Positions 52,405 through 61,572 of a DNA stretch of 64,000 nt are shown here, piece after piece. The DNA comes from a bacterium (GTDB taxonomy: Bacteria; UBA8248; JACPRG01; G963555815), in contig OZ244653.1 of NCBI GenBank assembly GCA_965218795.1, positions 4,288,001 to 4,352,000 on the forward strand, written 5' to 3'. The notes beneath the pieces were generated by a model, which saw only the letters and a program-made list of their open reading frames with translations, had not been told where the DNA came from and did not search any database. Both the position numbers and the translations under genes were made by a program. How positions within the stretch are numbered: the stretch's first letter is position 1; every line of letters starts with the position of its first letter.

Positions 52405-53439
52405 TTACTGCGTCTTGGGTTTTATCGGTTGCGCGGCCGGCTTGGCCGAGGCGTTGCCCGAGGAATTCCGGCCGACGGATCTTTTCGGCAGCGGGGTCAG
52501 GACGATCTCGATCCGCCGGTTTTTCCTCCGGCCCTCGGGCGTTGTGTTGGAGGCGATGGGCTGAAAGGGGCCGTGGCCGACGGCGGAAAGGAGCGCCGGA
52601 TCCACGCCCCCGGCCGTCTGAAGGTATCGGACGACTGCGGCTGCGCGAAGGGTCGAGAGCTCCCAGTTGTTACGGTACCGGCGGTCGGCCCTCGGGCGGA
52701 CGGGCAGGTTGTCGGTATGTCCTTCGACCTGGATGCGCTTGCCGCTGAGACCTTTGAGCAGGTCGGCGAGTTTCTTGAGCACCTTTCGCCCTTCGGGGTT
52801 GATTTCAACACCGCCCGGGTCGAATACGATCTTGTCGATGACGCTCACCGTCAATCGTCCTTCCACCTCTTGGAGCTTCAGCTTGCCCTGATCGACCTCG
52901 GTCTCCAGATTCCTGACCATCCGCGCGTAGACCTTGCTCTTGCGCTGCAATCTCTGCTCGCGGAGAACAGCCTTCTGGTATCGCTGTTTGTAGACGTTGT
53001 ACCAGTTGCGAAACGCATTCCGGTCCTGTTCCAGCGTCTGGTTCTTGTTCTCGAGCGTCGCGATATCGTCTTCATATCGTTGCAGCCGCGCCCTGAGGCT
53101 TGCGAGCTCTTCTTTGGTCACGGTCGGGATGACGAGGGGCCCGGGCGCGGAAAGTTTGTTCACCTGCGCCTGCAGGGCGTTGTGGGCCCGGATCCACTGA
53201 TCGAGGACATCCCGGAGTCTCTTGTTCTCCTTTTCCAGAGCACGGGCGCTCTTTCTCCACAGGTCGCGGTCCGACGCGGCCTGCGTGAACTCCTCTTGCG
53301 GGACGCATCCGGCCAGCGCGGTCGTCAGGGCGAGGGGGAGAACGGCCGCCCGAATGGCCCGGGCGGGCTCGCGAAGGGAACGCCCGCATCGTTGACTGGG
53401 AACCGACGGGGTGGGGAATCGAGGGGCGGCTGAACGCAA
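52405..53439 (-). CDS. OmpA/MotB-family peptidoglycan-binding lipoprotein with coiled coil
   Basis: LAGC lipobox, coiled coil, VEGHTDN, NWELSTLRA and NRRIEI motifs; start uncertain. Confidence 0.85.
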   Translation of the reverse strand: MRSAAPRFPTPSVPSQRCGRSLREPARAIRAAVLPLALTTALAGCVPQEEFTQAASDRDLWRKSARALEKENKRLRDVLDQWIRAHNALQAQVNKLSAPGPLVIPTVTKEELASLRARLQRYEDDIATLENKNQTLEQDRNAFRNWYNVYKQRYQKAVLREQRLQRKSKVYARMVRNLETEVDQGKLKLQEVEGRLTVSVIDKIVFDPGGVEINPEGRKVLKKLADLLKGLSGKRIQVEGHTDNLPVRPRADRRYRNNWELSTLRAAAVVRYLQTAGGVDPALLSAVGHGPFQPIASNTTPEGRRKNRRIEIVLTPLPKRSVGRNSSGNASAKPAAQPIKPKTQ

Positions 53440-53649
53440 AATGTGATCTCCCGAGAGAAGGATGAACGGTTACAGTCCCATCGGATCTTACCACGGAGTC
53501 GCGGGTCATGGATGCCTTTACGTTCTGGAAAATTCGGAGCTGCTGATGCGGATAGCCGCGGAGGGTGGCGCGACAGCTTTGCGCCGCTATGGTTTCGAGG
53601 AGGTGTTTTGACAATCCGCGGGCGTGCAGTGGACGAGCATGGCCAACCC

Positions 53650-53800
53650 CGCCCCCGTGCGCTCTCAATATCTCGATTGTTTTCTGAAACGGCTCGATGG
53701 ATTTCTCGGTCTCGTTCATGGCACGACGCATCCAATCAATCGGCGTGAATCCGTTCTTGGCCTTCGTGTCGGCATCCGCCCCGGTGTCCGGGATGGTCTT
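53650..53800 (-). pseudogene. Possible ankyrin-repeat gene remnant
   Basis: DTGADADTKAKNGFTPID...IEILRAHGG resembles a terminal ankyrin repeat; no intact gene around it. Confidence 0.5.
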
Positions 53801-53921
53801 TCCTTCACAGCATTCATGCGGACCGTCTGCGGAGCATCCCACCATGCCCTCCAGCTTGACCGGAACCCTTCGCCCGCCTATGTTCCCCCAGCGTCTGCGA
53901 TCGAACTTCCACAGGAGCCCC

Positions 53922-55109
53922 ATGAACCCTCTTCCATGCAATCAGGTTGCTGTTTCCTTCGTCCTTCGCGGTTTTTATTTTCTCACCTTCTTCGGACTGG
54001 GCGTTTACGCTCCGTACCTGAGTATTTTCCTTCAGTCAAAAGGACTCGGCGGTGCGGAAGTGGGAACCCTCTGGTCACTCCTCCCCCTGGGAGCCGTTGT
54101 CGCGCCCCCTTTGTCGGGGATAGTCGCCGACAAGTTCCGAAACCGGCGCATCCTGGTCGTCGGCCTCACCTTTATGAGCGGCTGCTTTTTCGCGGGATTG
54201 CTGATAGCAGAGGAGTTCATGGCCTTTGCCGCCGTCCTGTTCTTCTTCTCGGCGTTTCGAGCTTCGACGCTTCCCCTGGTCGAAAGTACGACCTTGGAAC
54301 ATCTGGCAAAGGCCGGTCAGAAGGGGGTGGCGGCCTACGGGGAGATTCGGCTGTGGGGCGGTATCGGGTTCATTGTCGCAAGCCTGCTGATTGGGTATCT
54401 GGTGGATCTCTTCTCGATCCAGGCGATTGTCTATGTTTTTCTGATCGGAGCCCTCTTCCGTATGCTCTTGGCCGTGGGCCTTCCCCCGGAAGGGGGGAGC
54501 GCCCGGCAGCGGCTTGGGCCGGATATCGCCGCCCTGCTCGGGCGGACGGATTTCGTCGCATTCCTCCTCGCGGGGTTTCTCTTGCGGATGAGCCACGGAC
54601 CCATGTGGACCTTCCTTCCCGTGCACATGCAAGAGCTCGGACTTTCCAGTTGGGTCATCGGGTGGTCGTTCTCCATAGGGGTGGCCGCTGAAGTCATTTT
54701 CTTCGTGTTCTCGCGCCGGCTCCTGACCCGCTGGAGCATTCGGTTCCTGTTAATGGCCGCGGCTGGCGGGGCCGCTTTGCGATGGTGGCTTTACGCGCTG
54801 GCCCAAGAGCCTTGGGCCTTTTTGATCATCTCGCTTCTTCACGCCTTGACCTTTGCCGCCTTTCATCTCGCCAGCGTGAGTTTCGTGGATCGAAACACCC
54901 CCCTCACGCTCAAGAGCAGCGGACAGGCATTTTTCTCTGCATCGACCTACGGCGCGGGCGGGATCGCCGGGGCGCTTCTCTCCGGCGCGTTCGTTGAGCC
55001 CTTGGGCATTCAGGGGCTTCTCCATACGTCCTCGATCGTGGCTTTATTGTCCTGCGCGATTTATGGGATCGCCATTCAGCGCGGTGACGTTGGAAGACCC
55101 ACGGGGTAG
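53922..55109 (+). CDS. MFS transporter
   Basis: About 12 hydrophobic segments, G.VADKF and [10 protein letters not shown] motifs; AGGAG RBS. Confidence 0.88.
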   Translation: MNPLPCNQVAVSFVLRGFYFLTFFGLGVYAPYLSIFLQSKGLGGAEVGTLWSLLPLGAVVAPPLSGIVADKFRNRRILVVGLTFMSGCFFAGLLIAEEFMAFAAVLFFFSAFRASTLPLVESTTLEHLAKAGQKGVAAYGEIRLWGGIGFIVASLLIGYLVDLFSIQAIVYVFLIGALFRMLLAVGLPPEGGSARQRLGPDIAALLGRTDFVAFLLAGFLLRMSHGPMWTFLPVHMQELGLSSWVIGWSFSIGVAAEVIFFVFSRRLLTRWSIRFLLMAAAGGAALRWWLYALAQEPWAFLIISLLHALTFAAFHLASVSFVDRNTPLTLKSSGQAFFSASTYGAGGIAGALLSGAFVEPLGIQGLLHTSSIVALLSCAIYGIAIQRGDVGRPTG

Positions 55110-55173
55110 AATGATTTCCGAACGGGAGGCTGCCGAAAGCCGCCCGCTGGCTGGAAGAGGAGAGGGGGAATGC

Positions 55174-55992
55174 TTGAAAATCGTTGACGTCGGAAACGTC
55201 CGGGTTGGCGGGGGGGCGTTTTCTCTGATCGCGGGGCCCTGTGTCATCGAGTCGGAGGAAAAGGCTCTTGCGGCCGCCTCCCGATTAAGCGGTATCTGTA
55301 TCGAGATCGGGTGTCCTCTCATATACAAATCGTCCTTTGACAAGGCCAACCGATCTTCCATCCACTCGTTCCGGGGACCGGGCAGGAAGGAGGGCTTGAG
55401 AATATTGGCCAAAGTCAAAAGCGATGTCGGCCTCCCGGTGCTCTCCGACGTACATTCCGTGGATGACGTAAAAGCAGCAGCGGAGGTCCTGGACGTTCTT
55501 CAGGTCCCCGCCTTCCTCTCCCGGCAGACGGACCTCCTGTCCGCGGCGGCGGAGACGGGCAGGCCCGTCAACGTAAAAAAAGGGCAGTTCCTCGCGCCCT
55601 GGGACCTTCATCACGTCGTCGAGAAGCTGGAGTCGGCCGGGGCGAAGGGGATCCTCCTGACCGAGAGGGGAACCACCTTCGGCTACAACAACTTGGTCGC
55701 GGATATGCGGTCGCTCGTCATTCTCCGGCGCTCCGGCTGGCCGGTGGTGTTTGACGTCTCCCACAGCGTCCAGCTTCCGGGGGGGCAGGGAGACGCATCG
55801 GGCGGAGACCGGGAGTTCATCCCCTATCTGGCCCGGTCGGCCGCGGCCGTCGGCATCGACGCCCTCTTCATCGAGTGTCATGAAGATCCCGACAGCGCCC
55901 CTTGCGACGGCCCGAACATGGTTTCCCTGGATGACCTCCCGGACCTTCTGAAGTCGGTCAAGGCAATCGACGAGCAGGTCCCGAAGGACTGA
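55174..55992 (+). CDS. kdsA: KDO 8-phosphate synthase
   Basis: [38 protein letters not shown] and CDGPN motifs; Cys indicates the metal-dependent class. Confidence 0.96.
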   Translation: MKIVDVGNVRVGGGAFSLIAGPCVIESEEKALAAASRLSGICIEIGCPLIYKSSFDKANRSSIHSFRGPGRKEGLRILAKVKSDVGLPVLSDVHSVDDVKAAAEVLDVLQVPAFLSRQTDLLSAAAETGRPVNVKKGQFLAPWDLHHVVEKLESAGAKGILLTERGTTFGYNNLVADMRSLVILRRSGWPVVFDVSHSVQLPGGQGDASGGDREFIPYLARSAAAVGIDALFIECHEDPDSAPCDGPNMVSLDDLPDLLKSVKAIDEQVPKD

Positions 55993-56126
55993 CAGAGCCC
56001 CTTCCCGGCCCCCGGGGCCGGTCCCGCGGATCAAAAAATCATTGTGTATGCCTGCCGACACTGGCAAAGCAGGCGCAGAGCGGTGGGCTTGCCTCGCCTG
56101 CTTCAGCAGACGGGTTGCGCGGGGTG

Positions 56127-56277
56127 TGGATTCCCGCTTCCGCGGGAATGACAGTTTGAGCCGATGCCCTGGATTCCCGCTGGGCCTGCCCCCGTGTCTG
56201 CATTCGGCAGGGGCGGAAATGACGGTCAGAGTCACGCCGCCCTCCCAACCCGTCATTCCCGCGGAAGCGGGAATCCA
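56127..56277. repeat. Inverted pair of 26-bp dRS3/RPE-like palindromic repeats with a third, interrupted copy between them
   Basis: TGGATTCCCGCTTCCGCGGGAATGAC (56127-56152) and its exact reverse complement (56252-56277); core ATTCCC-N8-GGGAAT. Confidence 0.85.
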
Positions 56278-56537
56278 GAACCCAGGGGCAGGCGGCGCGG
56301 GCGCGAGAACGAGGCACCCCCCCTTCCCCCCTGACAGGGGGGCTGAAGCGGCGTATCCGCTCACGCCGTAGATGCGTCGGGTGCGAGGAATCGCCGACCG
56401 GCGTCCGCATCGTCCTTCCGCTTCACTCAAAGGCGCGGACGGCGGCGGAACGCGGGCATTCGGAGGCATTTCGGATCGGGCGACGCCACGAGCGTAGACA
56501 ATACAACCGGGCAGGATGATAGGAGTCTGAGAGGCGC

Positions 56538-57104
56538 ATGGAGGCACCGCTTACGATGGATCCAATATCCAAAGACATTGCAGACAAATTTTGTGAGCTG
56601 TGCAACTGGGTATACGAGAGCTGGGTGACGCATAAGTTACTATTTGATGAGAATGAAAATAAGGAAAACAATATCGGAAAGTGTAAATATATCACCAGCC
56701 GTTTGTCCATCATTACTCAGGAATATTGCTTACTGCAAATAGCCAAGCTGCATGACCCCGCGCTACAGGGAAACTCTCGGAATCTCACGGTCGATTACAT
56801 GGTGCGATCCGGAGAGTGGGGCGAACGAAAGAACGAAATAGACAGGATTCACGCCAAACTTCTGGAATTGTGGAACTGTATCAAGCCTGCACGCAATAAG
56901 ATCTTGACCCACAATGATTTGGAGACGTACAGGGCTGACGAGGCCCTCGGGTCTTTTCCTGAGGGCGCGGACGATGAGTACTTTGAGGCCCTTCAAGACT
57001 TGGTGAACGAAGTGCACGAGAAATGGGTCGGCGGCCCTTATCCTTTCAACGATCTTGCCCAAAACGATGTTTTAAAGTTTCTCGCCTTGCTTGAACGGGT
57101 CTGA
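56538..57104 (+). CDS. HEPN-domain protein (AbiU2-like), putative RNase
   Basis: LLQIAKLHDP...NLT and RNKILTH (Rx5H) motifs; alpha-helical; lower GC than the core genes. Confidence 0.65.
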   Translation: MEAPLTMDPISKDIADKFCELCNWVYESWVTHKLLFDENENKENNIGKCKYITSRLSIITQEYCLLQIAKLHDPALQGNSRNLTVDYMVRSGEWGERKNEIDRIHAKLLELWNCIKPARNKILTHNDLETYRADEALGSFPEGADDEYFEALQDLVNEVHEKWVGGPYPFNDLAQNDVLKFLALLERV

Positions 57105-57152
57105 GGCCTCGGCGGAGCAGGGGTTGCAAAAACTCGACAACCGGCAAGACGT

Positions 57153-57300
57153 ATGACGCCGCTTGACGGAATCCACCCTTGAGCAGGTCGCGCGGGTTCT
57201 CGCCGGGTGCACATCTCATCTCAAGGGCCGCCTACAAATGCGGTCCGACCTCTGCCCCGAGACCACGCACGATGAGCATGGCGAATACTCTGGAGAAACG
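57153..57300 (+). pseudogene. Possible eroded 5' fragment of type I restriction subunit hsdR
   Basis: Frameshifted pieces read LTESTLEQVA and YKCGP-DLCPETTHDEHGEY, resembling the HsdR N-terminus. Confidence 0.4.
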
Positions 57301-57314
57301 AAAGGCCCCGCGAA

Positions 57315-57902
57315 ATGGCTCGTCCGAGGATGAGGACGCTCGATATTAAAGCCCTCAAAGAAGCTCTCGAAGATGAAGAAATCGTATTTCGCCAGATTGA
57401 GTTTGCAATCAAGCTCCTTTTTTACTGCGAGCTAGGGAAAATTTGTCCCTCCGAGTTTGATGGCTATGATTGTGTCGTTTCCCTGGAACAGGGAACCATT
57501 GGATTTTCGCCAGGGAACTTCAGCGATGCGGATAAAATCAACAAGGCGGCCGCAATTTCGGTCTTGCTAGCTTTCGCTGGATCCGCTCTTGGCCTTGACC
57601 AAGCCTGTGAAGCTGCCGGCATCAAACCATGCCCTGAATCCAGATGTCAGAGGACAAAACTCCGCACGCTCGTTTATATGATCCGGTGCGCGTTTGCCTA
57701 CTCGCTAGCCGCTCCAAAGTGGGAGATCAAGGGAAAATACAAGGTCGAGATGACATTTGAACTTGCCCGCGAGAAAATCACAATTGATCTGGGTAAGCTA
57801 GATGGTGAGCATTTCGATTTCCCCCAGATTGGGGGTCATCATATTTGGTTTGAAATTCGACACTATCTGGTTTTAGAGTTGCGTAAAATTGCAAATAATT
57901 AG
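57315..57902 (+). CDS. Hypothetical protein, HEPN-like with degenerate motif
   Basis: 195-aa ORF; LVYMIRCAFAY where a HEPN domain would have R-x-A-F-A-H. Confidence 0.55.
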   Translation: MARPRMRTLDIKALKEALEDEEIVFRQIEFAIKLLFYCELGKICPSEFDGYDCVVSLEQGTIGFSPGNFSDADKINKAAAISVLLAFAGSALGLDQACEAAGIKPCPESRCQRTKLRTLVYMIRCAFAYSLAAPKWEIKGKYKVEMTFELAREKITIDLGKLDGEHFDFPQIGGHHIWFEIRHYLVLELRKIANN

Positions 57903-58147
57903 ACACTTTCCCAAAAAGACCGGGCAGGCTTGCCATTCTCGCCCTAGTCATGGATTCTCCCCAAAATTCAGAATGCCTCTTGGAGTAAAAACGAATATCT
58001 GAACCAAAGAGCGTTTCTATCGAAAGGGCGCGGGGGTCCGGCTTAATGCCCTGAACATCTTCGTCCTGGAGCCTCCCGATATCGAGGGCCTCATCATCGT
58101 GGACTCTCCGCTCAAGACCACCATAGGAGAACAAAAATAATTAAAAA

Positions 58148-59233
58148 CTAGTACCTTGTAACAGAGACTTTGCTAGTGGTGATTCGCCGTGAGCCATCAG
58201 TATAGCTCCACTTGATGGGTTTGGGTTTCTTGTTGCACTGTCGAATATAGCGCATCAGTTTTCGAGCCAAATCAGGAACCGAAGTGAAGACGCCGCGGGC
58301 AATGACGTCGCGTTGGATTTTTGCGAACCAGATTTCGACCTGATTCAACCAAGAGGAATAAGTTGGGGTGAAATGCAAATGCACGCGCGGGTGAGCGTCA
58401 AGAAACTGTCGCACGCGGCGGCTCTTATGAGCCGACAGATTGTCTGCGATGATGTGAATTTCACGCCGCTTGGGTTGTCTGGCCACGATGCCAGAAAGGA
58501 AAGCCACAAAGGCCTCGCTGGTGTGCCTCGCTGCGGTCTTGCCGATGACCTCGCCGGTCTTTGTATTCAGGGCCGCATACAGCGAGAGCGTTCCGTGCCG
58601 GTAATACTCGAAACCGTGACGCTCGGCGCGACCCGGAGAAAGCGGCAACACGGGATCGAATCGGTCCAAGGCCTGAATGGCGGTTTTTTCATCCACACAG
58701 AAAACGGCGGCGTGTTGCGGCGGGTTGACATAGAGGCCAATGATATCGGCCGCCTTCTTCTCAAAGTCCGGATCATTCGATGCCATGTAACGTTGAATGC
58801 GGTGGGGTTGCAGACCCGCACGTTTCCAAACCCGGGCCACCATCATGTGGTGGGTGCCCAACTGCCGCGCCAGCTTGCGACTACTCCAGTGCGTCGATCC
58901 GTCCGGTGGTCGGCGCCTGGTCCAGTCCAGAATCCGAGCCTCCAGCCGGGGGGTGCGCTTGTGAACCGCTCGACCGCAATGTCTGGAATACAAGCCGGCC
59001 AGTCCCTCTTGTTGGAACCGGGTCTTCCATCGGCTCACATACCGGGCATCGCAGCCCACGGCGCGCTGGATCCTCAAATAAGACTCCCCGGCATCGAGCA
59101 TCAGAATGACTTGGGCTCGTCGGACGTCTTCGGACCGCAGCACGCGCGAACGGGATCGCCGTTGCAGTTCTTCTCTTTCATCGGAAGTCAGCTGAATGGG
59201 GGTGTTTGGCATGCATGATACTGTACCAAACAT
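58148..59233 (-). CDS. IS630 transposase
   Basis: HTH region, THWS, CVDEK, YYRHGT, IADN..H and SWLNQVE (DDE intact). Confidence 0.93.
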   Translation of the reverse strand: MFGTVSCMPNTPIQLTSDEREELQRRSRSRVLRSEDVRRAQVILMLDAGESYLRIQRAVGCDARYVSRWKTRFQQEGLAGLYSRHCGRAVHKRTPRLEARILDWTRRRPPDGSTHWSSRKLARQLGTHHMMVARVWKRAGLQPHRIQRYMASNDPDFEKKAADIIGLYVNPPQHAAVFCVDEKTAIQALDRFDPVLPLSPGRAERHGFEYYRHGTLSLYAALNTKTGEVIGKTAARHTSEAFVAFLSGIVARQPKRREIHIIADNLSAHKSRRVRQFLDAHPRVHLHFTPTYSSWLNQVEIWFAKIQRDVIARGVFTSVPDLARKLMRYIRQCNKKPKPIKWSYTDGSRRITTSKVSVTRY

Positions 59234-59264
59234 TACTGGCTATCTCAATGTTACAGTCCACTAG
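58148..59264 (-). mobile_element. IS630-family insertion sequence, apparently complete
   Basis: Imperfect terminal inverted repeats CTAGT-N4-TGTAACA at both ends; CTAG (TA core) at both junctions. Confidence 0.88.
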
Positions 59265-59468
59265 TACGAAAATAAGAGGCACACAGGGGTGACTGGATGA
59301 GCCTGCCCCCGGAGGCTTTAGTCGGGGGTGATTCACTCCGTCTGGAGCGTGGCTTCATCCCCGCGGAGAGGGTCTCCTGTCGTGATTTCATGTGGGCGTT
59401 CGCGTGAGCGGTCCTCCGCAGGCGAGACCCGCAGTTGTTTCATTTCCTCATTCCGCCCGGGTTCGGGA

Positions 59469-59513
59469 TTGACTCATACGCCTATCCATGATATATACCT
59501 TTCGAACATATCA
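59469..59513 (+). promoter_or_regulatory. Sigma70 promoter and probable autoregulatory operator of vapBC
   Basis: TTGACT-17 nt-TATATA, overlapped by inverted repeat TGATAT...ATATCA; AGGAGG RBS follows. Confidence 0.7.
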
Positions 59514-59525
59514 GGAGGTGCCACC

Positions 59526-59771
59526 ATGCGGAAGGTCGCCAAGGTATTCATGACGGGCCGCTCACAGGCCGTTCGCTTGCCGAAAGAGTTCCGGTTCAAG
59601 TGCGATGAGGTGCGGATCAGGAAAGAGGGCGACGCTGTCATCCTCGAGCCCCTGTCGGGGGATTGGTCATGGCTCGATGCCATAGAGCGTCCGATTGATG
59701 AGGATTTCTTGAAAGCCGTGGCCGAGAAGCCCGGCGACCAATCCCGCCCGGAGCTGGACTTCTTCGAGTGA
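59526..59771 (+). CDS. vapB: VapB antitoxin (AbrB/SpoVT fold)
   Basis: AKVFMTGRSQAVRLPKEFRF motif; GTGA overlap with vapC. Confidence 0.92.
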   Translation: MRKVAKVFMTGRSQAVRLPKEFRFKCDEVRIRKEGDAVILEPLSGDWSWLDAIERPIDEDFLKAVAEKPGDQSRPELDFFE

Positions 59772-60160
59772 AATTCCTGCTGGACACGAATGCCCTGATC
59801 GCGTTGCTCAAAGGTGATCAAACGTTCATCGACCGCCTTCGCGCCCATCAGCCGTCCGACTTCGGCATGTCCTCGATCACGCATCACGAACTGTGCTTCG
59901 GCGCATACAAGAGCAGGCGGGCAGAAGCCAACTTGCGCAACATCCGCTCCCTGGAATTCGAGGTGCTGCCGATTTCCAAAACCGACGCCGAACGTGCGGG
60001 AGAAATCCGCGCCGCGTTGGGGGTCAAGGGAACACCCATCGGCCCCTATGACGTGCTGGTCGCGGGGCAGGCAGTCGCCCGCTCCCTTACATTGATCACG
60101 CACAACGTCGGCGAGTTTGCGCGGGTGGAGGGTCTGGCGTTCGAGGACTGGCTGGCGTGA
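59768..60160 (+). CDS. vapC: VapC PIN-domain toxin
   Basis: FLLDTN, EL..G, IGPYD..VAG.A and THNVGEF.RV.GL motifs. Confidence 0.93.
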   Translation: MKFLLDTNALIALLKGDQTFIDRLRAHQPSDFGMSSITHHELCFGAYKSRRAEANLRNIRSLEFEVLPISKTDAERAGEIRAALGVKGTPIGPYDVLVAGQAVARSLTLITHNVGEFARVEGLAFEDWLA

Positions 60161-60304
60161 GGGTATGTCACGCAGAGAGGTAAATACACAAAGTTCAATA
60201 AGAAATTTCTTTATTGAAAGTTAGCGCGTAAATGTGAATGAGGATGTTGGGGGGACCGCATCTGGGGGTACCGGGGGACGAGTGTATTGAGAGCGGGGCG
60301 GCCT

Positions 60305-60313
60305 TGGTATAAT
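60305..60313 (+). promoter_or_regulatory. Consensus extended -10 promoter upstream of the acidic protein gene
   Basis: TG-G-TATAAT about 35 nt before ATG 60349; AGGAG RBS. Confidence 0.6.
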
Positions 60314-60348
60314 ATTCCGTCTCTCTCATAATGTGTAGGAGCAATGGA

Positions 60349-61461
60349 ATGGCTAGAGAGAAATATACTCGGCATGTTATCCCCGAGGTTGCCGCTCCTG
60401 ATTCAAGTTGGCTACTTTCAGATCATCATGATACTGAAGTCGAGGATGAAGTAGCCGCTGATCCCTGGAATATCAATATCGCGGACAAAGAAAAATCAAA
60501 CGGAACCACAGACGATACTTCGGATGCGTCCAATCATACACAGACAGCGGATACCACTAGTGGCAATCTTCAATTTGGAACCATATTGCCGGGGCTTGGC
60601 GGCCAGATCAATCTTTTCTCCAGCGACGACATAGGTCTCCAGATGGGTCTTTTTCCCGATGCGGAGAAATGGCCGCCGGACGACCCGATTGATGCTACCG
60701 ATCAGGACTGGCTGCATGGAGAATTTCTCGATGAGACAGTCGATACAGTCAATGACGGATTCGAAGGGTTCGTGCTTGACGAGTCTCCAGACGAAAAGTT
60801 CGAAGACGACTTCGATATCGTCGAGTTCGACGAGGGCGCCCAACAGCCACCTTGGGAAATTGAACCCGAGGAAGAAGCCCAAGAGTTACGCCGTGCTCGC
60901 GAGAAGGCGGCGACCATTGCACTCCTGCTTGATTTCAGAAACACCCGCGAGCGAGATAACGCCATATCGTATTTGGAGGAATTGTTCGGGCAGATGACAC
61001 ATTCGGCGACATTCCGGGCAATTGAGAGGGTGGCGGAGGGGATAGACCTCGACACGCTGAAAGCCATGGTAGAAGTGCGGCGGATCTGGATGCGGCGAAC
61101 GGACTGGTGGTGGGGAATACTCTACGAACCAGGTATCTTCAGACGTGGCAACTTGGCGTTTACATGGGCCACCACGCGCCTCGTGTGTCTTGCACGAAGG
61201 GATCATCCTCCAGAGTCAATGATCGATGAAGAGTGGTTCGACGAATGGTTGCGGTTGCCATATGGCGCTCCCAACTACAGCAGCTTTGCCTCATACATTG
61301 AAGAGAAGATCCTTTCCCATGACGCCGAACTTCTTAACGAGGGACTAAGGCATTACGAACGCGGCGATGGCTATGTGGAAACAGGTGATGGCTTCGACTG
61401 GTACCGCCGCATCCCAGACCCCGAGGCGGTGAAAAGTATAAGACAACTCCCGCATCATTAA
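60349..61461 (+). CDS. Hypothetical protein: acidic low-complexity N-half, Trp-rich helical C-half
   Basis: Long ORF with promoter and RBS; no family recognised. Confidence 0.75.
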   Translation: MAREKYTRHVIPEVAAPDSSWLLSDHHDTEVEDEVAADPWNINIADKEKSNGTTDDTSDASNHTQTADTTSGNLQFGTILPGLGGQINLFSSDDIGLQMGLFPDAEKWPPDDPIDATDQDWLHGEFLDETVDTVNDGFEGFVLDESPDEKFEDDFDIVEFDEGAQQPPWEIEPEEEAQELRRAREKAATIALLLDFRNTRERDNAISYLEELFGQMTHSATFRAIERVAEGIDLDTLKAMVEVRRIWMRRTDWWWGILYEPGIFRRGNLAFTWATTRLVCLARRDHPPESMIDEEWFDEWLRLPYGAPNYSSFASYIEEKILSHDAELLNEGLRHYERGDGYVETGDGFDWYRRIPDPEAVKSIRQLPHH

Positions 61462-61572
61462 CGCCCTATGGTGATCGGCCCAGCGTTATCACTAGCAGGA
61501 ATTTCGACTCGATAACATGGTTTAACTACTGGATAGACAAATATCAGAAGCTTGAAGGAAAAGGACGAAAAG

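Noticed and set aside
52405-53439. MotB-like gene as a flagellar stator or Zorya ZorB
   Set aside because: No MotA/ZorA partner is adjacent. It has a lipobox and coiled coil rather than the Asp-containing transmembrane helix, and it lies 8 kb from the helicase on the opposite strand.
56127-56277. Repeats as a CRISPR array or integron attC sites
   Set aside because: Copies are inverted and few, with no regular spacers, cas genes or integrase.
57778-58134. 118-aa minus-strand ORF next to IS630
   Set aside because: It overlaps the 3' end of the HEPN-like gene and has no recognisable motif or clear start; at most a fragment.
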